The translations under genes were made by a program, and so were the position numbers. Of a DNA stretch of 48,108 nt, positions 37,064-48,108 are shown piece after piece (within the stretch, counting starts at the first letter, position 1; each line of letters begins with the position of its first letter). Origin of the DNA: an uncultured Tepidamorphus sp. (GTDB lineage: Bacteria; Pseudomonadota; Alphaproteobacteria; Rhizobiales; Tepidamorphaceae); NCBI GenBank assembly GCA_905479765.1, contig CAJQNW010000051.1, positions 1 to 48,108 of the forward strand, written 5' to 3'. The notes beneath the pieces are model-generated. The model saw only the letters and a list, made by a program, of their open reading frames with translations, did not search any database and was not told the DNA's origin.

Positions 37064-39223
37064 ATGACCATGACCGTCTCCGTGTTGGTGCCCGTCGCCG
37101 TCGCGCGGGCCTATACCTATGGCGTGCCGGATAGCATGACACTCGAAGCCGGCGATGTCGTGGCGGTGCCTTTAGGGCCGCGCACGGTGCTCGGGGTCGT
37201 CTGGGACGGGGCGCCCGACGACGTGCCGGCGAAAAAGCTGCGGGATGTCGCCGAGAAGCTCGACGGGCATATCGGCGAAAAGATGCGCCGGTTCGTCGAC
37301 TGGATCGCCGACTATACGCTGAGCCATCGCGGCACGGTGTTGCGGATGCTGTTGCGCGTGCCGGAAGCCTTCGGGCCGGAAAAGCCGGTGCCGGCCGTGC
37401 GGCTTGCGGGTAAACCGCCGGAACGGATGACGCCGGCGCGCAAGCGTGTCCTGGAGATCGCCGCCGACGGGCTTGCCTGGAACAAGGGCGCGCTGGCGCA
37501 AGCCGCCGGGGCCGGTCCCTCCGTCGTCGAGGGGCTGGTGGAGGCCGGGACGCTGGAGCGGGTCGCGCTGCCGCCGGCGCCAGTGGTCGACAATCCCGAT
37601 CCCGACTATGCGCCGCCGACGCTGAGCGACGACCAGGAGGCGGCGGCGCGACAATTGCGGGAGTGCGTCGACGCCGACGCGTTTTCCGTCGCGCTGGTCG
37701 AGGGCGTGACGGGGGCCGGCAAGACGGAGGTCTATTTCGAGGCGGTCGCGCAGGCGTTGAAAGCCGGGCGGCAGGTGCTTGTTCTGGTTCCGGAAATCTC
37801 GCTGACGACGCAGTTCCTCGACCGCTTCGAGGCGCGCTTCGGGACGCGGCCGGGCGAATGGCACTCCGGCATCACCCCGCGCACCCGCGAGCGCACCTGG
37901 CGGGGTGTGGCGAAGGGCCAGGTGCGCGCGGTGGTCGGCGCCCGCTCCGCCCTGTTCCTGCCGTTTCCCGAACTTGGCCTGCTGGTCGTCGACGAGGAGC
38001 ACGACCCCGGCTACAAGCAGGAAGAAGGCGTCATCTATTCGGCCCGCGACATGGCGGTGGTGCGCGGCATGATCGGCGGCTTCCCGGTTCTCTTGTCGTC
38101 GGCAACACCGTCGATCGAAAGCCGGGCGAACGCCGAGCGCGGCCGCTACCTGCACGTCACGCTGCCCGACCGGTTCGGGGCGAGCCTGCCCGACATCAAG
38201 GCAATCGACATGCGCGCCGATCCGCCGGAGCGGGGCCGATTCCTGAGCCCCGTGCTGATCGAGGCGGTGAAGGAGACGATTTCGGGCGGCGAGCAGGCGC
38301 TTTTGTTCCTCAACCGGCGCGGCTATGCGCCGTTGACGCTGTGCCGCAAGTGCGGCTTCCGCTTCGAATGCCCGAACTGTTCGGCCTGGCTGGTCGACCA
38401 CCGTTTCCGGCGCGAATTGCAGTGCCACCATTGCGGCCATTCGATCCGCCGGCCCGAGCATTGCCCGAACTGCGACGCCGAAGACAGCCTGGTCGCCTGC
38501 GGGCCCGGCGTCGAGCGGATCGCCGAGGAAGCAGCCGACCTGTTCCCCGATATCCGCATCCTAATGCTGTCGAGCGACCTGATCGGCTCGATCTCGGACC
38601 TGCGGCAGCGATTCGACATGATCGAGCGCGGCGAGGTGGATCTGGTCATCGGCACGCAACTGGTCGCCAAGGGGCATAATTTCCCGCATTTGGCGCTGGT
38701 CGGCGTGATCGACGCCGATATCGGGCTGGCGTCGGCCGATCCGCGGGCCGCCGAACGCACCTTCCAGCTTCTCCAGCAGGTGACGGGACGGGCCGGGCGC
38801 CACAAGGACGGCGGGCGCGGCCTGATCCAGACCTTCGATCCCGAACACCCCGTCATGAAGGCGATCATCTCCGGCGACCGGGAAGCCTTCTATGCCCGCG
38901 AAATGGAGCAACGCGAGCGCTCCGGCCTGCCGCCGTTCGGACGGCTGGCGGCGATCGTCGTGTCCGGCCGCACCCAGGCCGAGGCGTCGGGCTACGCAAA
39001 GGCGCTGGCGCGGGTGGCGCCGAGGGCCGAGGGTGTCAGGGTGCTTGGCCCGGCCGAGGCGCCGCTGGCGGTGGTGCGCGGACGGCACCGGTTCCGGATC
39101 CTGGTCAAGGCGCCGCGCGGATTCGACCTGCAGGCCTGGCTCAGGCAATGGATCGCCGCCGCTGCGCCGGCGCGCGGGGGGCTGAGGGTGTCGATCGACG
39201 TCGATCCGGTGAGCTTTCTGTGA
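37064..39223 (+). CDS. priA: Primosomal protein N'
   Basis: GVTGAGKTEVY, DEEH, SATPS, LNRRGY, two CxxC Zn knuckles, QVTGRAGR and IDVDP. Confidence 0.96.
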   Translation: MTMTVSVLVPVAVARAYTYGVPDSMTLEAGDVVAVPLGPRTVLGVVWDGAPDDVPAKKLRDVAEKLDGHIGEKMRRFVDWIADYTLSHRGTVLRMLLRVPEAFGPEKPVPAVRLAGKPPERMTPARKRVLEIAADGLAWNKGALAQAAGAGPSVVEGLVEAGTLERVALPPAPVVDNPDPDYAPPTLSDDQEAAARQLRECVDADAFSVALVEGVTGAGKTEVYFEAVAQALKAGRQVLVLVPEISLTTQFLDRFEARFGTRPGEWHSGITPRTRERTWRGVAKGQVRAVVGARSALFLPFPELGLLVVDEEHDPGYKQEEGVIYSARDMAVVRGMIGGFPVLLSSATPSIESRANAERGRYLHVTLPDRFGASLPDIKAIDMRADPPERGRFLSPVLIEAVKETISGGEQALLFLNRRGYAPLTLCRKCGFRFECPNCSAWLVDHRFRRELQCHHCGHSIRRPEHCPNCDAEDSLVACGPGVERIAEEAADLFPDIRILMLSSDLIGSISDLRQRFDMIERGEVDLVIGTQLVAKGHNFPHLALVGVIDADIGLASADPRAAERTFQLLQQVTGRAGRHKDGGRGLIQTFDPEHPVMKAIISGDREAFYAREMEQRERSGLPPFGRLAAIVVSGRTQAEASGYAKALARVAPRAEGVRVLGPAEAPLAVVRGRHRFRILVKAPRGFDLQAWLRQWIAAAAPARGGLRVSIDVDPVSFL

Positions 39224-39569
39224 AAAGGCGAAACAAAGTGCCGGCTTCCTGTCCGCGCGTTAATCCACAGGCCCCGACGGGGCGTATTCGGCGCGTCGCC
39301 AGCGACTCCCTAGAGACTCCCTAAGGAGTTCGGGGAGGAGTCGGGGAAGCGCGCCCGCGGACCGGTCCGCGTCATTCGACATATTGTCGGGTCCTGAGTC
39401 CGGCTGGCGTGTTGCAAGGGCTAAGTGAGTGTGTTAGCGAAGCGCCGGCTTCCGGGGGCACCGCCAAAAGCCTCCATGCCGCTGGCCGGTCGCCGCGACG
39501 ACCCGGAAACGGGGATTTCGCGGTGGCAATTCGCGCCATAATTTCAGGTCGCATCAGAGAGCACGACGC

Positions 39570-40129
39570 GTGAACGCAGAAGACTCGATCGTATCCGGCG
39601 TTGCGGGCCGTTATGCCACGGCGCTGTTCGAACTGGCCGTCGAGGCGAAGGCCATCGACGCCGTCGACCGTGAGCTTGGTCAGGTCGACAAGATGATCGA
39701 CGAGAGCACGGATCTCACGCGCCTCGTCAGAAGCCCGGTGTTCTCCGCCGAAGACCAGGTCCGCGCGATGGGCGCGATCCTGGAAAAGGCCGGCATCACC
39801 GGCATCACAGAGAATTTCGTCAAGTTGACCGCCAAGAACCGGCGCCTGTTCGCGCTGCCCGGCATGATCAACGGTTTCCGCAAGCTGGTCGCCCAGCATC
39901 GCGGCGAGGTTGCGGCCGAGGTCACATCGGCCCACGAAATGAGCGACGATCAGGTCGCGGAGCTTTCCGCGGCCCTGAAGGCGTCTCTCGGCAAGGACGT
40001 GCAACTCAGGCGCAAGGTCGACGCCGGCCTGCTCGGCGGACTGGTCGTCCGGATCGGCAGCCGCATGATCGACACGTCGCTTCGCACCAAACTCAACAGT
40101 CTCAAAATCGCTATGAAAGAGGTCGGCTG

Positions 40130-40130
<1 letters not shown>
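39570..40130 (+). CDS. atpH: ATP synthase F1 subunit delta
   Basis: AGRYATALF and [17 protein letters not shown]. Confidence 0.96.
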
Positions 40131-41662
<1,532 letters not shown>

Positions 41663-41701
41663 TCGCCAGACCCTGACGAGCAGACCAGCGGAGCCGCATA
41701 A

Positions 41702-44060
<2,359 letters not shown>

Positions 44061-44084
44061 AGCAAACCGGGAGCCTGAAGTCCA

Positions 44085-44501
44085 ATGGCTGACACTATCC
44101 GCTTCGAGCTGGTCTCGCCGGAACGGCTCTTGATGTCGGAGGACGTGGCGCAAGTCGATGTCCCCGGCGCCGAGGGCGATTTCGGCGTGCTGCCGATGCA
44201 CGCGCCGACGATCTCGACGCTGCGCGCCGGCGTGATGATGGTGCGCGGTACCGACGGCAAGGCGCGCGAGGTGTTCGTGCGCGGCGGCTTCGCCGAGGTG
44301 CGCCCGGACCTGCTGACGGTGCTCGCCGAGCAGGCGATCCCGGTGGAAGAGATCGACGAGGCAGTGCTTGCCCAGGAGATCCAGAACGCCGAGGAAGACC
44401 TCGCCGACGCCAAGGACGACCTGACCCGCGAGAAGGCCGAGCATCGTCTGGCCCGCATGAAGGAAGTGGTCGCGGCGCTGAAGGCAGCCGGTCACGGTTG
44501 A
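44085..44501 (+). CDS. atpC: ATP synthase F1 subunit epsilon
   Basis: FELVSPE, PGAEGDFGVLPMHAP and GGFAEV. Confidence 0.96.
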   Translation: MADTIRFELVSPERLLMSEDVAQVDVPGAEGDFGVLPMHAPTISTLRAGVMMVRGTDGKAREVFVRGGFAEVRPDLLTVLAEQAIPVEEIDEAVLAQEIQNAEEDLADAKDDLTREKAEHRLARMKEVVAALKAAGHG

Positions 44502-45181
44502 CCGGTACTGCGGCCGTGCCGACATTCAGCCGCGAGGCCTGGGACCGGAACGCGGACCTCTACGAGACAATCCGCACGCTGCCGTTCAACACCGAACTGG
44601 CATCCGGCAGCCTCAGCCAGGACCGCTTCCGGCACTATATCGTCCAGGACGGCCACTATCTGATCGATTACGCCCGGACGCTGGCGATCGCCGCCGCCAA
44701 GGCGGACCAGCCCGACGGCATCATCCAGTTTTCCCAGGCCGCCAACGAGGCGATCGTGGTCGAGCGTGCGTTGCACACCGACTATTTCGCCCGATTCGGT
44801 ATCGGCAAGGCCGAGTTCGATGCGATCCCGCTGTCGCCGGCCTGCCACCATTACACATCATTCCTGCTGGCGACCGCCTATGGCGAGCCCTACCCGATCG
44901 TGCTGGCGGCGCTGCTGCCGTGCTTCTGGGTCTACGGCGAAGTGGGCAAGGACATTCTCGGCCGCGCCGCGCCGGACAATCCCTATCAGGCGTGGATCGA
45001 CACCTATGGCGGGGAGGAATTCCAGGCCGTCGTGGACGCGGCGATCGCCACCACCGACCGGGTCGCGTCCGACGTGACGGCGGCGACGCGCGCGGCGATG
45101 CATGTGGCGTTTACCCGTGCCATGCAGCTTGAGTGGATGTTCTGGGATTCCGCCTACCGGCTGGAGCGCTGGCCCGTCTGA
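44498..45181 (+). CDS. tenA: TenA family aminopyrimidine aminohydrolase (thiaminase II)
   Basis: FRHYIVQDGHYL, LPCFWVY (catalytic Cys), WIDTY and LEWMFW. Confidence 0.9.
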   Translation: MTGTAAVPTFSREAWDRNADLYETIRTLPFNTELASGSLSQDRFRHYIVQDGHYLIDYARTLAIAAAKADQPDGIIQFSQAANEAIVVERALHTDYFARFGIGKAEFDAIPLSPACHHYTSFLLATAYGEPYPIVLAALLPCFWVYGEVGKDILGRAAPDNPYQAWIDTYGGEEFQAVVDAAIATTDRVASDVTAATRAAMHVAFTRAMQLEWMFWDSAYRLERWPV

Positions 45182-45210
45182 ACACCGGTCCTCCCTGATG
45201 TATTTTTGAT

Positions 45211-45236
45211 GCCCGGACGCCTGCCCGGGCTTTTTC
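45211..45236 (+). terminator. Intrinsic terminator after tenA
   Basis: GCCCGG-ACGCCTGC-CCGGGC-TTTTT. Confidence 0.7.
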
Positions 45237-45353
45237 ATGCGCGGGTTTGTTCGCTTTCCGACATTGGATCCGGCGTCGATTGATGGTTTGAAAACAAACT
45301 GTTATCAACACGAACAACAATAAAAACGGAAATTGCCTGGAGGATCAGCCGCG

Positions 45354-46166
45354 TTGAGCGCCACAGAAGCCCCAAATTCGCCGTTTCCCGAATTGCCGTC
45401 CTCGCTTGCCGCCGAGCGCGACGGGGACATCGCCATTCTCCGCCTCGCCCGGCCGGAGAAGCGCAACGCGCTGAACGATCCGACCGTAAAGGGGCTGGAG
45501 ACGTTCTTCGGCAACCTGCCCGAGGGCATCAAGGCGGTGGTTCTGGCCGGTGACGGCGACCATTTCTCCGCCGGGCTCGACCTGTCGGAGTTGCAGGAGC
45601 GCGATCTTGCCGGCGGCATCCAGCATTCGCGGATGTGGCATGCGATCTTCGAGCGCATCGAGTTCGGCACCGTGCCGATCGTCTCGGTGTTGCACGGGGC
45701 AGTCGTCGGCGGCGGGCTGGAGCTTGCCTGCGCCACCCACGTCCGCGTCGCCGAGCAGTCGGCCTATTACGGCCTGCCGGAGGGCCAGCGCGGCATCTTC
45801 GTCGGCGGCGGCGGCTCGGTTAGGGTGCCGAAGCTGATCGGTGCCTCGCGGATGATGGACATGATGCTGACCGGCCGCGTCTATGATGCGGCCGAAGGCC
45901 AGGCGATCGGCCTGTCGCACTATCTGGTCGACGACGGAGCGGGGCTTGCCAAGGCCAAGGATCTCGCCCGGCGCATGGCGGGCAACGCGCCGATGACCAA
46001 TTTCGCCGTCATGCACGCGATCCCGCGGATTTCGGAAGCAAGCGGAAGCAACGGCTACTTCACCGAGGCGCTGATGGCAGCCGTCGCCCAGAACGAGCCC
46101 GAAGCCAAGCAGCGCCTGCGCGACTTCCTGGAAAAGCGGGCGCCCAAGGTCGAGAAGGCCAAATGA
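45354..46166 (+). CDS. Crotonase / enoyl-CoA hydratase family protein
   Basis: RPEKRNAL, FSAGLDL, GGGLELA and LPE; GGAGGA RBS before TTG 45354. Confidence 0.9.
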   Translation: MSATEAPNSPFPELPSSLAAERDGDIAILRLARPEKRNALNDPTVKGLETFFGNLPEGIKAVVLAGDGDHFSAGLDLSELQERDLAGGIQHSRMWHAIFERIEFGTVPIVSVLHGAVVGGGLELACATHVRVAEQSAYYGLPEGQRGIFVGGGGSVRVPKLIGASRMMDMMLTGRVYDAAEGQAIGLSHYLVDDGAGLAKAKDLARRMAGNAPMTNFAVMHAIPRISEASGSNGYFTEALMAAVAQNEPEAKQRLRDFLEKRAPKVEKAK

Positions 46167-48046
46167 GCGGCGGGAACGGGCGCGGCGAGCAATCGGCGGT
46201 TCCGTTCCGGGCCGTAGACCTCGGGTCGCGCGCGGTCGACGTCGAGCACCGCGCCGACGGATCAATCCATGTGCGTTCGCCGCACAGGCTTGGCGACTAT
46301 CCGATCCGGATGACCGACCGGCTGGTGCATTGGGCGAACGAAACGCCCGACACCGTCTTCCTCGCCGGCCGGTCGGTCGGCAACGGCGGCGGCTGGCGGA
46401 GCTTCACCTACGCCGAGACGCTCGACACGGTTCGCCGCATCGGCAAGGCCCTGATGACGCGCGATCTGTCGGAAGACCGGCCGATCATGATCCTGTCGGG
46501 CAACGATCTCGAACACGCGATGCTCGGCTTGGCAGCCCAGTATGTCGGTGTTCCCTACGCCCCGGTCTCGCCGGCCTATTCGCTGATCTCCACCGATTAC
46601 GCCAAGCTTGGCTATATCGTGGATCTGCTGACACCGGGCCTGATCTTCGCAGCCGACGGCGAGGCCTTCGCCCCGGCAATAGAGGCGGTCAGGCCGGACG
46701 ATTGCGAGGTGGTGGTGACCCGCAACCGCCAGGCCGGCCAGCACGAGACGCTGTTTGCGTCGCTTCTCGACCACTACGCGGACGGGCATGTCGACGCGGC
46801 CAACGCCACCGTGACGCCGGAAACGATCGCCAAGTTCATGTTCACGTCGGGCTCCACCGGCATGCCCAAGGGCGTCATCAACACCCAGCGGATGATGTGC
46901 TCGAACCAGGAAATGATCACCTGGTCGTTCCCCTACTTCCGCGACGAGCCGCCGGTGGTTCTCGACTGGGCGCCGTGGAACCATACCGCCGGGGGAAACC
47001 ACAATTTCGGGCTGGTGCTCTACAACGGCGGCACGCTCTACATCGACGACGGCAACCCGACACCGGCGGGCATCGGCCGTACCGTCCGCAATCTCACCGA
47101 CATCTCGCCGAACTGGTACTTCAACGTGCCCAAGGGCTACGACGCGCTGGTGCCCTACCTGCGCAAGGACCCGGCCCTGCGGGAGACGTTCTTCGAGGAC
47201 CTGAAGGTGCTGTTTTATGCCGGCGCCGGCATGGCCCAGCACATCTGGGACGCGCTCGACGAGATGGCCGTGGAGGCCTGCGGCGCGCGGATCCTCAGGC
47301 TGTGCGGTTTCGGCGCGACCGAGACGGGGCCGTTCGCGCTGATCCTGCTGTGGGATGCGCCGGCAGGCAATCTCGGCATTCCGGCACCGGAGGTCGACAT
47401 CAAGCTCGTCCCCAACGGAAACAAGCTGGAAGCCCGCATCAAGAGCCCGAGCGTCATGCCCGGCTACTGGCGCCAGCCCGACTTGACGCTCGAGGCCTTC
47501 GACGAGGAGGGCTACTACATGCTCGGCGACGCGATGCGGTTCGCCGATCCGGACGATGCGTCCGCCGGCCTCCTGTTCGACGGCCGCGTCAAGGAGGACT
47601 TCAAGCTCGACACCGGCACCTGGGTGAACGTCGGGCCGCTGCGCGCGGCCTTCATCAACCACTTCGCGCCCTACGTCTCCGACGTGGTGGTCGCCGGACT
47701 GAACCAGGACTACGTCGCGACGCTGGTGTTCGTCGACATCAACGCCTGCCGGGAAGTGTCCGGCCAGAGCGAGGACACCGATCTCGCAGAGGTGGTGCGG
47801 CACGGGCAGGTCCGGGCGAAATTCCATGCGCTGATGAAAAGCTTCGCCGCCGAGGCGACGGGCAGCTCGAACCGGGTGGCGCGCATGATGCTGCTGGAAG
47901 AGGCGCCATCGATCGACCGCCACGAGATGACCGACAAGGGCTCGATCAACCAGCGCGCGGTCCTGGAAAACCGCGCCGCACTGGTCGACGAACTGTTTGC
48001 CGAGCCGGCCCCGGGGCGGGTCATATCGCTCGACAGGGAGCCGTAG
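46163..48046 (+). CDS. fcs: Feruloyl-CoA synthase-like acyl-CoA ligase
   Basis: FTSGSTGMPKGV, GATETGP, FDGRVKEDFKL.TGTWV and TDKGSINQRAVL. Confidence 0.85.
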   Translation: MSGGNGRGEQSAVPFRAVDLGSRAVDVEHRADGSIHVRSPHRLGDYPIRMTDRLVHWANETPDTVFLAGRSVGNGGGWRSFTYAETLDTVRRIGKALMTRDLSEDRPIMILSGNDLEHAMLGLAAQYVGVPYAPVSPAYSLISTDYAKLGYIVDLLTPGLIFAADGEAFAPAIEAVRPDDCEVVVTRNRQAGQHETLFASLLDHYADGHVDAANATVTPETIAKFMFTSGSTGMPKGVINTQRMMCSNQEMITWSFPYFRDEPPVVLDWAPWNHTAGGNHNFGLVLYNGGTLYIDDGNPTPAGIGRTVRNLTDISPNWYFNVPKGYDALVPYLRKDPALRETFFEDLKVLFYAGAGMAQHIWDALDEMAVEACGARILRLCGFGATETGPFALILLWDAPAGNLGIPAPEVDIKLVPNGNKLEARIKSPSVMPGYWRQPDLTLEAFDEEGYYMLGDAMRFADPDDASAGLLFDGRVKEDFKLDTGTWVNVGPLRAAFINHFAPYVSDVVVAGLNQDYVATLVFVDINACREVSGQSEDTDLAEVVRHGQVRAKFHALMKSFAAEATGSSNRVARMMLLEEAPSIDRHEMTDKGSINQRAVLENRAALVDELFAEPAPGRVISLDREP

Positions 48047-48108
48047 TTTCCAAGCGGCCGTCGGGACTGCGCCGACGGGCGTGATGCCGAAAACGGCGGC
48101 GCAAACCC

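Noticed and set aside
36466-37071. ORFs on both strands between tal and priA
   Set aside because: Made up of translated REP palindromes; no RBS or family motifs.

Overview
High-GC alphaproteobacterial (Hyphomicrobiales/Rhizobiales-like) chromosomal window. Conserved core blocks: htpX(3' part)-rsmB-like methyltransferase-heparinase II/III protein-purH; large NAD-glutamate dehydrogenase; chaC/DUF2125; chorismate mutase-hisC-tyrA divergent from metX-metW; xerC; transaldolase; priA; the F1 ATP synthase operon atpHAGDC plus tenA; enoyl-CoA hydratase and feruloyl-CoA synthase-like ligase. An accessory patch runs from about 15.3 to 28.6 kb. Its most notable part is a ~2 kb AT-rich islet encoding an AvcD-type anti-phage dCTP/dCMP deaminase (P-loop + Zn-deaminase) and a translationally coupled small ORF. 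Next to it is a 4.5 kb block (YgjV-like, DUF1127, SARP/BTAD-alpha/beta-hydrolase regulator, FAD-binding protein) bracketed by a 101-bp direct repeat of the 3' end of a signal-peptide-bearing phosphatidylserine-decarboxylase-like gene. Also found: an exact alphaproteobacterial LexA box in front of an uncharacterised gene, a 56-aa secreted protein missed by the ORF track, a probable ATC start codon, a truncated paralog remnant, clusters of REP-like palindromes, and several short tandem repeats. No rRNA, tRNA, CRISPR array or transposase was recognised. All calls come from motif recognition by eye; no database searches were run.
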